Below, one piece after another: positions 10,531 through 20,822 of a DNA stretch of 64,000 nucleotides. Under the pieces are notes generated by a model, which saw nothing but the letters and a program-made list of their open reading frames with translations, did not search any database and was not told where the DNA came from. The translations under genes were made by a program, and so were the position numbers. Where the stretch lies: positions 128,001 to 192,000 of the forward strand of contig CAVQJC010000001.1 in NCBI GenBank assembly GCA_963712745.1. The letters are read 5' to 3'. Within the stretch, counting starts at the first letter, position 1. Each line of letters begins with the position of its first letter. This DNA is from an uncultured Chloroflexia bacterium (lineage in GTDB: Bacteria; Chloroflexota; Limnocylindria; Limnocylindrales; CSP1-4).

Positions 10531-10691
10531 GATCTGGGTCGCAGCGCGGGCGCGCGGTCGTTCTCGCACATGGCGCCATCGTCGGGGTGCTCGATCGGGA
10601 CGCGAGCGACGCGCTGGCGGAGGCCGACGTCTTGAGGGCGATCCATCAGGAGGCGGTCGTCGCAGCCTGAGCCGGGTGCTCGTTGCGGGAC

Positions 10692-11300
10692 TCAAGGCGC
10701 TTGGACGTGCGCCCTGATCCCACCCACAAGGACGGATGCAGCGACCTCACCGAGGCGGTCGATGCTGCTGGCATCCGATCCCGCCATGATCTCGGCTTCT
10801 CCGACCAGCGAGGTGATCCCGTGAGCGACAGCCCAGACCGTGTTCTCGAGCGCGATAGAGTCGGTGCACTCTGGGCCGACACATGCGGCGACGGTCTCTT
10901 CGAGGATGAGGCGCGTCGGCCGACCGGCGGCCGCGACATCGGGATAGGCGGCGAGTTCGATCATGTGCTCACCGAACATGAGGCGGTATCTGCCCCGGCT
11001 TTCCAGGCCGTAGCGGATATAGGCGCGGACGAGCGCGCGGAGGCGCTCCAAGGGCTCTGGCCCGACGGCGGCGATGGCTGCGGCCAGATGCTGCCCGAAC
11101 GCGCCGTATGCGTCGGCCGCGAGGACGGCGAGCAGTTCCTGTTTGCCGGTGAAGTGGTGGTAGGGAGCCGCCTCGGAGACCCCCAACTCTCGCGCGACCG
11201 CGCGGAGCGAGACCGCATCGAGCCCATCGCTGTCGATGATGTCCAGCGTGGCGGCGAGGATGGCCCGGCGCAGGTCGCCGTGGTGATAGGTGCGTTCCAT
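10692..11300 (-). CDS. TetR/AcrR family regulator
   Basis: YHHGDLR..SLRAVARELGVSEAAPYHHF; WAVAHG C-terminal motif. Confidence 0.93.
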   Translation of the reverse strand: MERTYHHGDLRRAILAATLDIIDSDGLDAVSLRAVARELGVSEAAPYHHFTGKQELLAVLAADAYGAFGQHLAAAIAAVGPEPLERLRALVRAYIRYGLESRGRYRLMFGEHMIELAAYPDVAAAGRPTRLILEETVAACVGPECTDSIALENTVWAVAHGITSLVGEAEIMAGSDASSIDRLGEVAASVLVGGIRAHVQAP

Positions 11301-11322
11301 CTGCCCTCGTGGCGTCGGGAGC

Positions 11323-11358
11323 TTGACTTGCGCTCGTAACTTAACAGTGCTTAGATAT
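11323..11358. promoter_or_regulatory. Divergent promoter with putative TetR operator
   Basis: TTGACT -35-like hexamer and AT-rich imperfect palindrome (CTTAACAGTGCTTAG) between tetR and the hydrolase. Confidence 0.45.
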
Positions 11359-11388
11359 GTCGGTCAAGTCGCCCCCACGGAGGATGTG

Positions 11389-12321
11389 ATGAGCCGGATG
11401 GATCGCACTGCGTACCGCGAGACGGAAGGCAGGCTGTACTCCGAGTACGGGGTCGAGGTCATAGAGCATCTCGTGGAGGTGGAGTCCCCGGCCACGTCGG
11501 TGCGAGTGCTCGAGGTGGGCACCGGCGCACCGGTCATCTTCATCCACGGCTCGCCGAACGGTGCCGCGACATGGATCCCACTGGCCGCCCACCTTCGGCA
11601 TCGACGCTGCTTGCTGTTGGAGCGCCCAGGAGCTGGACTGAGCTCGCCGGTCGCGAAGTGGACAGATGATCGGACCGAGTCCGTGGCCATCGTCGATGCC
11701 GTCGTCAGTCGGTTCGGGCTCGACCGGGTCGACCTGGTGGGCAGCTCCTTCGGTGGTCTCTATGCGTACAACTTCGCCAAGGCCCGTCCAGCGCATGTCA
11801 GAGCCTTGATCCAGCTGGGATCGCCCGGCGGACCCGCCGTCCTGGGGATGCCGGCCATCTTCAGGTTCCTGTCATTACCGCTGCCCCGCGTCATGGTCCA
11901 CAAGGCGCTCCGTCCCGATGTGGCCGAGGCCCGGAAGATGTTCACCCAGATCGGTCACGGAGCAGCGGTCGCCAGCGGAGCCATCCCCGACGTCGTCTTC
12001 GAGTGGTACGCCTCGCTGCTGAACCACACCGATACCGTCGAGCAGCTGAATCGCGAGGTCCGGGCCATCGCGACGCCCCTCGGCTATCGCCCCAGCGGGA
12101 AGCTCGATGACGGCGCCATCGCGACGATCGACCAGCCCGTGATGTACCTGTGGGGAGACCGCGACACCTTCGCCACACCAGCATCGGCCGATCGCCTCGC
12201 GGCGCTGACACCAGGGGCAAGGATCGAGCACTTCGCAGACTTCGGTCACGTCCTCTGGTTCGACGACCCGGCGTTGATCGCCGCGCGTATCGACGACTTC
12301 GTGACGGACCTCGCGAGCTGA
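11389..12321 (+). CDS. Alpha/beta-fold hydrolase
   Basis: FIHGS, GSSFGG nucleophile elbow, WGDRD and GH catalytic His; GGAGG RBS. Confidence 0.9.
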   Translation: MSRMDRTAYRETEGRLYSEYGVEVIEHLVEVESPATSVRVLEVGTGAPVIFIHGSPNGAATWIPLAAHLRHRRCLLLERPGAGLSSPVAKWTDDRTESVAIVDAVVSRFGLDRVDLVGSSFGGLYAYNFAKARPAHVRALIQLGSPGGPAVLGMPAIFRFLSLPLPRVMVHKALRPDVAEARKMFTQIGHGAAVASGAIPDVVFEWYASLLNHTDTVEQLNREVRAIATPLGYRPSGKLDDGAIATIDQPVMYLWGDRDTFATPASADRLAALTPGARIEHFADFGHVLWFDDPALIAARIDDFVTDLAS

Positions 12322-12466
12322 GGACGGCCCGAGAAGCACCGTTCAGGTTCGCCGGCAGACATCGACGGGGTGCACCAAGCCACGGTCCCGCAGGCCCGTG
12401 GCGCTTCCCTTCGATGGCCGAGCAGGCGACCAACGAGCCCGAGGTCGGTGCCATGAGGCTCGGGCC

Positions 12467-13718
12467 TCACCGTCCGCCGGGTCGTTCGCGCTGGACCGTC
12501 CTCATGGCTATGTCGGCCCACTCCCAGAGTCGCTGAGGTCTGTGCCGCACGGTGCTGATGTCCTTCATCGTGATCTCCAGGGGACAGCCGACCTCTGCGC
12601 ATACGTCCACCACGTGGCCGATCTGGCGCTCGATGGCGTCAGCGATCCCAACCGTCCACGGCGAAGACGTTGGGATTCGGCTTCCAGCTGAAGACGTAGT
12701 CGGGTCCGATCTTCGCGGCGCCGACATCGACGTCGGCCCACGGGCTCATGGAGATCTTGCGCACGTTGGGCAGGCGCCGTACGAGATGGATCCTGTCGTG
12801 CAGCGGCTCGCAGCAGCCGTAGTAAGCCAGGCCGAAGCGCTCGTACCAGCGCGACGCATAGGGGATCTCGAACTCCTCGAGCATGGCCGGCGACGCGGAG
12901 AGCAGGATCTGGGCCATGCCGTAGGTCCAGCTGTCGATGGCCCGGGGCCGCTCCACGTCGTAGCCCGGGGCCGGCAGCTCATCGGTCCACGCGCCGGTGC
13001 AGTGGACGAGCTGCTGTTCACGGCCGAGCAGACCCTTGGCCTCGAGCTGATCGAGCATCGCCAGGCGCGCGTCGGTGTAGCGCGAGGCGATGGCATGCAT
13101 GTGCTCAGGGCGGGCCGCAAGATCGAACAGGACCGTCTGCGCGCCTCGCCAGTAGACGATGTCATCCCACAACTCGAACGAGGGCGACCAGCCCTGCATG
13201 CGCACCTCGAGGATGCCGTCGAATGCGTTGTGCGCGCGGGCCTCGATCTCCGCGGTCGCGTCCACGTCAAGCTCGACCTCCGGGGCATGGATACGGTCCA
13301 CAGCCTGCTCGGTTGGGAGCTGGTCGTGGTACTCGTGGCTGACGATCTCGCTGTGCTGGTCCAAAGCCAGCGTCGATTCGTCGCGCTCGATCCCGAAGCC
13401 CGAGCTGCGGATGACCTTGGGCACGTCGATGGCGGCCTCGACCACCATGTCCACCGGCAGATGACGCCAGCGGTAGAGCGTCTCCCGGAGTGCCCTCTCG
13501 AAGACGCGCGCGGTCTCGTCCTCCGTACGCAGCGCAAGCTCACCGTCGATATCCATCTCATGCCACGGGATCTCGTCGATGAGCACGAGGGGGCGCACGG
13601 GCCGAAGACCGTTGAGAGCCTTCCAGCGCGCGATCGCATCCGACTGGGCCGGCAGAGCGGCGATGTCCGCGACTTCGCGCGCCAAGCCGCGAAGCACTTC
13701 GAGGTCGGCCCGGCTCAA
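12467..13718 (-). CDS. UroD/MtaA-fold (URO-D-like) protein, apparent frameshift near 12645
   Basis: SPAMLEEFEIPY, YYGCCEPLH and RKISMSPW; C-terminus (ITMKDISTV..LWEW) continues in ORF 12467-12727. Confidence 0.75.
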
Positions 13719-13800
13719 CGATGCGGCCGTCGGTCACCCTCCGTCATGCTGTCCGGGGTTCCGGGCCAGCTGACGTCCATGCGTGATCGTCCCGGAACCA

Positions 13801-14883
13801 TCAGGCCGAGTACCGTCCGTACTCGCGCACGGTCTCGTACAAGGCGACGATGTTCTCGAGTGGCGTCTCGGGTAGCACGGAATCGTGGCTGGGCGAAGCG
13901 ACATAGCCGCCGCCAGGCATCATGATCTCCAGGACCTCACGCGTCTTGCTCCTCACCAGGTCGGGCGTGCCCTGGATCAGGACGAACTGGGAGTCGATGC
14001 AGCCGTTCATCAGGATCCGGTCACCGAAGGCCGCCTTGAGCTCAGCCGGGTCCATGCCTCTGGCTGATGGCTGGAGTGCCTCCAGGCCATCAAGTCCGAT
14101 CTCGATCATGGACGGGATGAGCGGCGCGAAGCCACCGCAGCAGTGCAGCATCACCTTCAACCCGTAGTCGTGACCGAGGTCGGCCAATCGCTTCAGATGA
14201 GGCAGGCAGAACCTCCGGAACATGGCTTCGCTCATCAAGGGACCATTCATACCGCCGAAGTCATTGCCGATGAAGAACACGTCGATGAGGTCCGCTGCGG
14301 CGTCGAAGATGCGCTGATTGACCCCGACGTAGTAGTCAACGATGTGCTCGTGCAGGGCATCGACCAGGTCCGGCTCCTCGTACATCAGGATCATGAGGTT
14401 CTCCATGTCGACGAGGTCGTGTGCGTCGTGCCAGAACTGGGAGAACTCACCTCCGAGGATGGCGTACTCGCCGTGCCAACCTTCGACCTCGGCCCTGATG
14501 CCGTCCACGCCCATCCAGCCCGGGTCGGGCCAGGGGTAGTCATGGATCTCCTTGAGCGTGGCCCCGGCGAGGGGGTGCTCACGGGGCGTGCCCCAGCCGT
14601 AGCCATGTCGCTCTACGCCGAACGGCGATCGCATCGTCGAGCCAGGAGCAAGGTCGCCGTATGGACTGCGCTCGAGGGGGCCCGCATAGGTCGCGCGCAC
14701 CCGTCGGAAGTCATCACCCAGGAACACCGACAACGCTTCGTCGTCCTCCAGACCCAGGTGCTCCGCCAACAACTGCCGGGTTTCGTCGAGAGCGCCCAGC
14801 CATGCCGGTACTCGGTCGGGCTCCTCGAAGGCGAAGGCTGCCAGCACCCGATCTCGGGAGGTCATCGAACCATCCACGGACAT
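13801..14883 (-). CDS. Uroporphyrinogen decarboxylase family (UroD/MtaA-like) protein
   Basis: MTSRDRV..EPDRVP N-terminus, NDFG, HCCG, GCIDSQ and GGYVASPSH..PLEN. Confidence 0.88.
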   Translation of the reverse strand: MSVDGSMTSRDRVLAAFAFEEPDRVPAWLGALDETRQLLAEHLGLEDDEALSVFLGDDFRRVRATYAGPLERSPYGDLAPGSTMRSPFGVERHGYGWGTPREHPLAGATLKEIHDYPWPDPGWMGVDGIRAEVEGWHGEYAILGGEFSQFWHDAHDLVDMENLMILMYEEPDLVDALHEHIVDYYVGVNQRIFDAAADLIDVFFIGNDFGGMNGPLMSEAMFRRFCLPHLKRLADLGHDYGLKVMLHCCGGFAPLIPSMIEIGLDGLEALQPSARGMDPAELKAAFGDRILMNGCIDSQFVLIQGTPDLVRSKTREVLEIMMPGGGYVASPSHDSVLPETPLENIVALYETVREYGRYSA

Positions 14884-15137
14884 CCAGTTCTCCCTGTCGT
14901 TGGCGGATGCGGCCAGCGGGCACCGAGCGATCGCTTGGATGTCGAGGCACTCGAGTGCCGTTGCGCGGCATGATACGTTCTGGGGGCACGACATGACCAG
15001 CTGATCCGCAACGTTCGCGGATGGGTCCGAGAGGATACCGTCGACCTGGTCCAGGTGGTTCCGTGCCCGTGGTGCGGCGGTATCGAACAGCGCCAGCGAC
15101 CCCTCACCCGGGTGGCTCCGACGATCAGGACTTGCCG

Positions 15138-16223
15138 ATGTACTACAAGGACGACTGGCCAAGGGCCAGGGAGCGCTTCCTGGCCTTCTGGGAGGGCGAG
15201 GTGGTGGACCGCTGCTGCATCGCCGTCCAAGCCCCGCGCGACGGCAGTCGCTACGTTCGACCTGAGCCGCCCGGGTCTCCAGGCGAGCTCACCAGGTGGT
15301 GGCTGGACGCCGAAGACAACCTCGAGCGCATGCTCGCGGAGTTCGAGGGCACCTACTACGGCGGTGAGGCCTACCCGGCGACGACGATGTGCCTGGGCGC
15401 ATCGGTCATGGCCGCCTACTTCGGCAGCCGGGCAGAGCTCCGTCCTGAGACCGTCTGGTACCACCCGGTCATCGAGGACTGGGGTTCCGCGAACCTGAGC
15501 TTCGACCGGGCGGCTGATCCGCTATACCGGGCCACCATCGAGGCCACGCGCTACTACGCCCGGGAGAGCCGTGATCGATACCTCGTCAGCCTGCCGGAGC
15601 TTGGCTCTGCCAGCGATGACCTGTCGCTGCTGCGCGGCATGCAGCCACTGGTCCTGGACATGATGCAGCAGCCTTCCCCGGTCAAGGCCGCACTGAGCCT
15701 GCTGGCCGACACCTGGGTCGAGCTCAACGAGGAGCTGTACGCCATCGCTGCCGACGCCAATGACGGCGGTTGCCCCATCGCCTGGATGCAGACCTGGGCT
15801 CCGGGGCCGCACTACCAGATGTCCTGCGACTTCTCCGCGGTCCTCTCACCGGCTCTCTTCGATGAGTTCATCGTGCCCGAGCTGCGGACGTACCTGCAGG
15901 TGAACGAGTTCGCCGTGTACCACTGGGATGGGCCCGATGCGGTCAAGTACCTCGACAGCCTGCTGGCCATCGATGGTATCGACGCCATCCAGTGGACGCA
16001 GGGCGCCGGTAGCCCGCCGGCATCGGATCCGCGCTGGATCCCCCTGTACCGCAAGATCCAGGCAGCAGGCAAGAAGCTGATCCTGCCATTCGTGGAGACC
16101 AGCGAGGTCGAGGCCCTGCTGGCTCAGATCTCGTCGCGCGGCTTGCTCATCGGGACGACCGCTCAGAGCGAGGAGGAGGCTCGAGACCTGCTGCGCCGGG
16201 TGGAAGGCTGGACGCGGGACTGA
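15138..16223 (+). CDS. UroD/MtaA-fold protein (annotated in other genomes as methyltransferase/corrinoid-protein-like)
   Basis: W..ARER..AFWEGE, LRG, CDFS..SP..F.EF, YHWDG and IQWTQGAG. Confidence 0.72.
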   Translation: MYYKDDWPRARERFLAFWEGEVVDRCCIAVQAPRDGSRYVRPEPPGSPGELTRWWLDAEDNLERMLAEFEGTYYGGEAYPATTMCLGASVMAAYFGSRAELRPETVWYHPVIEDWGSANLSFDRAADPLYRATIEATRYYARESRDRYLVSLPELGSASDDLSLLRGMQPLVLDMMQQPSPVKAALSLLADTWVELNEELYAIAADANDGGCPIAWMQTWAPGPHYQMSCDFSAVLSPALFDEFIVPELRTYLQVNEFAVYHWDGPDAVKYLDSLLAIDGIDAIQWTQGAGSPPASDPRWIPLYRKIQAAGKKLILPFVETSEVEALLAQISSRGLLIGTTAQSEEEARDLLRRVEGWTRD

Positions 16224-16259
16224 CGACCGAGTCTGCCCTGAGCCTGGTTCAGACCGGCC

Positions 16260-17417
16260 TCACCGCGCACTCGCTCCAGTAGCCCACAGGAGGTCACCAA
16301 GTCTTTCCACGTCCACCTCGATCCCCAGGCCGGAACCGGCTGGCGTGGGTCCCCATCCTCCCTCGCTCCGGGGCTCGTATCCGGCAACATGCTCGAGCGT
16401 CCAGTCATTCATGAACGAGACGGCGAACAGTTGGTCGGCCGGGACCCCGGCCGCGAGGTGACTGACTGCCGCGGTGACGATGTCGCCCCCCCAGCTATCT
16501 TCGATGGTCAGGCGCAGCCCGAGGTCGACGGCCGCGTCCCTGATGACCCGCGCGCGGCCCAGCCCACCCACGCGACTGATCTTGAGGTTGACGTGCTCCA
16601 TGGCGTTCAGCTCCATGGCCCGGATCAGCGATGGGAGGTCGACGATGACCTCGTCGAGCACCATCGGCATCGCCGTCGAGCGTCGGACCGACAACGACTC
16701 CTCCAGGGTGGCGCAGGGCTGCTCCAGGCGGAGTCGATGGCTGGAGTCCAGGCGCTCCACCTGTCGCGCAACGATCACCGCGTCCTGGCGCTGCCAGCCT
16801 CCATTGGCATCGGCGATCAGCGCGTCTTCCGGCCCGGTCGCGGCCAGCACGGCAGCGATACGCTCGACGTCTTCTTGTGGTCGCCCACCGACCTTCAGCT
16901 GGAAGCGATGGATGCCCAGAGCTCGCTGGTGCTCGACGAACGCCTGCATCTCGGCGGGACGGCCCAGGGGCACCGCGACATACAAGGGCAGCCTGTCCTG
17001 GAGGCGACCGCCCAGCAGATGTGCCACGGACAGACCGGTGGCCTTGCCCATGGCATCCCAGCAGGCGGTGTCCAACGCGCTCTTTGCGTATCCGGAGCCC
17101 CGCAGCGCTGCCTCCATCCGCGCCTGCACCTCGGCAGCATTGGTGACGTCGGCACCGATGACCGCCGATGCCAGGAGGGGCAGGGCCGAACGGGCGCCTT
17201 CGGAATGGGCCGGCAGGTAGGTCGGCCCCAGAGGGCAGGTCTCCCCGAAGCCCGAGGTGCCGTCCTCGGTGACGACCCTCACGACGGTGCTGTCGAGCTG
17301 GTTGACGACTCGTCCCCCGGACATGACGTAGTCCCCGTGGGCGTAGGTCAGCCGGTAGCCATAGACCTCCACCCGGGCTATCGAGGTCGACGTCGTAGTC
17401 GCGCCATCAGGATTCAT
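16260..17417 (-). CDS. Enolase-superfamily (MLE subgroup) enzyme, cis-3-hydroxy-L-proline dehydratase / hydroxyproline-betaine epimerase-like
   Basis: GETCPLGPTYLP, FQLKVGG, DAN, EQP, LDE, NLKISRVGG and IEDSWGGDIVTAA. Confidence 0.82.
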   Translation of the reverse strand: MNPDGATTTSTSIARVEVYGYRLTYAHGDYVMSGGRVVNQLDSTVVRVVTEDGTSGFGETCPLGPTYLPAHSEGARSALPLLASAVIGADVTNAAEVQARMEAALRGSGYAKSALDTACWDAMGKATGLSVAHLLGGRLQDRLPLYVAVPLGRPAEMQAFVEHQRALGIHRFQLKVGGRPQEDVERIAAVLAATGPEDALIADANGGWQRQDAVIVARQVERLDSSHRLRLEQPCATLEESLSVRRSTAMPMVLDEVIVDLPSLIRAMELNAMEHVNLKISRVGGLGRARVIRDAAVDLGLRLTIEDSWGGDIVTAAVSHLAAGVPADQLFAVSFMNDWTLEHVAGYEPRSEGGWGPTPAGSGLGIEVDVERLGDLLWATGASAR

Positions 17418-17462
17418 GGTCGCTCCTCATCTCCACCTTCACCCTGGACGAAGCCGTCTCCA

Positions 17463-19814
17463 TCAGGCCGCCTGGTGCTCGGTACGCTCGATGATCTCGT
17501 CCTGGAGCGCGCGAGAGATGTCGCAGAAGTAGTCGCTGTAGCCGGCCACGCGGACGATGAGGTCGCGGTGTGAGTCCGGATCGGCCTGCGCCTCGCGAAG
17601 CGTCTCTGCGCTGACCACGTTGAACTGGATGTGGTGACCACCGAGACCGAAGTAGGTGCGAACCAGGTGGCGGATGGTGACGATGCCGGCGTCGCCGTCG
17701 GCTAGTCCTGGGCTGAGCTTCATGTTCAGGAGCGTGCCGCAGGTCCGGCCGTGGTCCATCTTGGCAGCCGATCGGAGCACCGCGGTCGGACCCAGTCGGT
17801 CCATGCCGTGGGACGGCGAGATGCCCTCCGAGAGAGGCGCGCCGGCGGCACGGCCATCGGGCGTGGCACCGGTGACCTGGCCGAAGTAGACGTGGCACGT
17901 GGTCGGCAGCATGTCCACGCCGTAGCGGCCTCCACGCCCGTTGGGACGTCCGTCGACCGCATCCACGAAGGCCTCGAAGGCCCGGCGCATCAGGTCATCG
18001 GCAGCATCGTCATCGTTGCCCCACTTGGGCGAACGGTTGCGCAGGGTCAGGCGTAGCCGCTCCTGGCCCGCGAAGTCGTCGCGGAGCGCGACCAGCAGAT
18101 CCGGCATCGACACGTCAGCGTCGTCGTAGACGTGGGACTTGAGCGCCGCCAGGCTGTCGGTGAGCGTCCCGATGCCCACGCCCTGCACGAACGAGGTGTT
18201 GTACCGCGCCCCGCCGGCGTTGTAATCGAGGGCCTTCTCGATGCAGTCGTCGGTGATGAGCGAGAGGAACGGCGCCGGCATCTCCGCCGCGTAGATGGCC
18301 TCGATGTGGTCGTTGCCGCGCAGCTTGATGTCAAGCGTGTGCCGGAGCTGTGCTCGCCAGGCGTCGAAGACGTCGTCGAACGACTCGAGGCTCGCACCGT
18401 TCGAGGGTCCGAGTCGCGTGCCCGTGGCCGGGTCGATCCCGTCGTTGAGGGCGACCTCCAGCATCTTGGGCAGGTTGATGTAGCCGGTCAGGATGTAGGC
18501 CTCCTTGCCGAAGGCACCGGCCTCGACGCAACCGCTGGTACCACCCTCGCGCGCGTCCTCGACGCTCTTGCCCATGCGCGTCAGCTCGGCTACGACCGCG
18601 TCGGCATTGAATACGGAGGGGTAGCCGTAGCCCTGCCGGATGACCCGCGCCGTGGCCTCGATGAAGGCGTCGGGCGTCACGCTCGAGACCTGGATGTTGG
18701 GGCTCGGCTGGACGAGATGGAGATCGTCGACGACCTCGAGGAGCAGGTAGGACACGTCGCCCACGCCATCGCTCCCGTCCGGCAGCACGCCGGCCATGTC
18801 GATGGCCGCGAAATCGGTGTAGGTGCCGCTCTCCGCGGCCGTCACCCCCACCTTGGGCGGCGCGGGATGGTCGTTGAACTTGATGAAGAAGCACTCCAGG
18901 AGCTCGCGGGCGCGCTCGCGTGTCAGGCTCCCGTCGGCGAGGCCCTGCTGGTAGAACGGCTCCAGGTGCTGGTCGAGGTGGCCCGGCGAGAAGGCATCCC
19001 AGCCGTTGAGCTCGGTGATGACCCCGAGATGACAGAACCAGTACATCTGGAGCGCCTCGTGGAAATCGCGAGGCGCGTTGCGGGGCACCCGGTCACAGAC
19101 GTCGGCGATGCGCTCGAGCTCGGCCCGGCGCACGGGATCGGCCGTGACCGCGAGGCGCCTGGCTTCTGCGGCGTGACGCTCGGCGAGGATGGTGATGGCC
19201 TCGGCGGCGATGTCCATGGCCGCCAGCTCATCGAGCCGCTCGGGAGCGGCGGGATCGTCGCTGGCCTCCCAGCGAGCACGTGAGCGGGCCACATCGGCAC
19301 CGAGATCGAGCATGCCCTTGCGGTAGAGCTTGCCGTCACCCACGGTGTGACCCGGAGCGCGCTGCTCCATGAACTCGGTGAAGAGGCCGGCGGCGTAGGC
19401 CTCGTGCCAGGCAGGCTCCAGGCCTTCGAAGATACGATCGCGCAGGCTGCGGCCCTGCCAGAAGGGGATGACCTCGGTGCGGTATGACTCGAAGACCTCG
19501 TGGTCGACCGCATAGGCGGTCAGCTCACGGCTGTCGAGGATGCGCAGGTCCTGGAGGCTGTGGCAGGTCAGTTCCGGGAAGGTCGAGACCGCGCGAGGGC
19601 GTGGGCCGCGGTCGCCCACGATGAGTTCGTCCGCACCGATGGAGATGGTCTTGCGCTCGCAGATGTAACGGAAGGCCATGGCTCGACGCAGCGGCGGCGA
19701 GAGCCCTTCGACGCCGGCCGCGTAGAAACGCGTCACCAGCTGGGCACGTTCGGCCGAGATCGATGGCGGCGTGGTCAGGCTCCGCTCGCGCAATCGCGTC
19801 GTCCGATCGTTCAT
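17463..19814 (-). CDS. hypD: Glycyl radical enzyme, trans-4-hydroxy-L-proline dehydratase
   Basis: FTEFMEQRAPGHT, ELNGWDAF, PAPPKVG..ESGTYTDF, GTSGCVE, TGY, MLPTTCH and RVAGY, matching the HypD motifs as I recall them. Confidence 0.88.
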   Translation of the reverse strand: MNDRTTRLRERSLTTPPSISAERAQLVTRFYAAGVEGLSPPLRRAMAFRYICERKTISIGADELIVGDRGPRPRAVSTFPELTCHSLQDLRILDSRELTAYAVDHEVFESYRTEVIPFWQGRSLRDRIFEGLEPAWHEAYAAGLFTEFMEQRAPGHTVGDGKLYRKGMLDLGADVARSRARWEASDDPAAPERLDELAAMDIAAEAITILAERHAAEARRLAVTADPVRRAELERIADVCDRVPRNAPRDFHEALQMYWFCHLGVITELNGWDAFSPGHLDQHLEPFYQQGLADGSLTRERARELLECFFIKFNDHPAPPKVGVTAAESGTYTDFAAIDMAGVLPDGSDGVGDVSYLLLEVVDDLHLVQPSPNIQVSSVTPDAFIEATARVIRQGYGYPSVFNADAVVAELTRMGKSVEDAREGGTSGCVEAGAFGKEAYILTGYINLPKMLEVALNDGIDPATGTRLGPSNGASLESFDDVFDAWRAQLRHTLDIKLRGNDHIEAIYAAEMPAPFLSLITDDCIEKALDYNAGGARYNTSFVQGVGIGTLTDSLAALKSHVYDDADVSMPDLLVALRDDFAGQERLRLTLRNRSPKWGNDDDAADDLMRRAFEAFVDAVDGRPNGRGGRYGVDMLPTTCHVYFGQVTGATPDGRAAGAPLSEGISPSHGMDRLGPTAVLRSAAKMDHGRTCGTLLNMKLSPGLADGDAGIVTIRHLVRTYFGLGGHHIQFNVVSAETLREAQADPDSHRDLIVRVAGYSDYFCDISRALQDEIIERTEHQAA

Positions 19815-19817
19815 CCC

Positions 19818-20822
19818 TCAGCCTCCAACGTGGATCTCAAGCCGATAGCCCCGGAGCAGTTCAGCCGCGGCGGCGATTTCCGCGGGGCCCGGTGGCTGTA
19901 CCTCTGCCATCCTGTCAGCTCCTCCAAGTCGAGCCAGCTTGGATGCCCCGAGTTGGTGGTATGGCAGCAGGTGCAGGCGCCGCGAGCGCAGCCCCGATGT
20001 CAGCGACCCGATGGCATGCAACGTCGCGGGATCGTCCGTCCAGCCCGGCACGAGCGGCAGCCGCAGCCAGATCTCGGCACCGCCGGCATCGAGCCTGCGC
20101 AGATTCTCGAGGATGGGCTCGAGCGGCACGCCCGTCGACTCTCGATGGCGCTGCTCGTCGGCGCCCTTGAGGTCGAAGAGCCAGAGGTCGGTCAGCGGGA
20201 CCACGCGATCGAGCGTGGCCGGTGTGGCGAAGCCGCTGGTATCGACGCAGGTGTGGATGCCGCGGCGCCTGGCCTCCTCGAGACAGGCGGTGAGGAAGGC
20301 CGGCTGTGCCAGCGGCTCGCCACCCGAGAAGGTCACGCCGCCGCCCGACTGCTCGAAGAACGGGCGGTCACGCTCCACCACGGCGAAGACCTCATCCACC
20401 GTCGTTCGCTGGCCCACTAGCTCGCGCGCGCCTGAGACGCACGCGTCCGCGCAAGCTCCGCACCGCAGGCACAGGAGCGGGTCGGGCCGCGTCGGGCCCT
20501 CAGCGAGGCCCACGGGGCAGACCGCGTGGCAGGCGCCGCAGTCGATGCAGCGCTCCCCGATGATGCGGATCTCCGCCTCACGCGCCCGGCTCTCGGGGTT
20601 GTGGCACCAGGGGCAATCGAGCGGGCAGCCCTTCAGGAACACCGTGGTGCGGATGCCCGGCCCGTCATGGATCGAGAAGCGCTGGATATCGAAGCTGACA
20701 CCGGTGGGAAGACTCGCCGCACGCCGGGACGCTTCGAGGTCAGGCTCCCGCGTCGCGCCCGACACGGCGACCGCCGCCACTCCCGCTGTCGCAGCCCTGG
20801 GCAGCTCGTTCCGACCCGTCAT
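19818..20822 (-). CDS. Glycyl-radical activating enzyme (radical SAM with ferredoxin insert)
   Basis: HDGPGIRTTVFLKGCPLDCPWCHNPE, two CxxCxxCxxxC motifs and GGVTFSGGEP; the ATG overlaps the GH127 stop (ATGA). Confidence 0.93.
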   Translation of the reverse strand: MTGRNELPRAATAGVAAVAVSGATREPDLEASRRAASLPTGVSFDIQRFSIHDGPGIRTTVFLKGCPLDCPWCHNPESRAREAEIRIIGERCIDCGACHAVCPVGLAEGPTRPDPLLCLRCGACADACVSGARELVGQRTTVDEVFAVVERDRPFFEQSGGGVTFSGGEPLAQPAFLTACLEEARRRGIHTCVDTSGFATPATLDRVVPLTDLWLFDLKGADEQRHRESTGVPLEPILENLRRLDAGGAEIWLRLPLVPGWTDDPATLHAIGSLTSGLRSRRLHLLPYHQLGASKLARLGGADRMAEVQPPGPAEIAAAAELLRGYRLEIHVGG

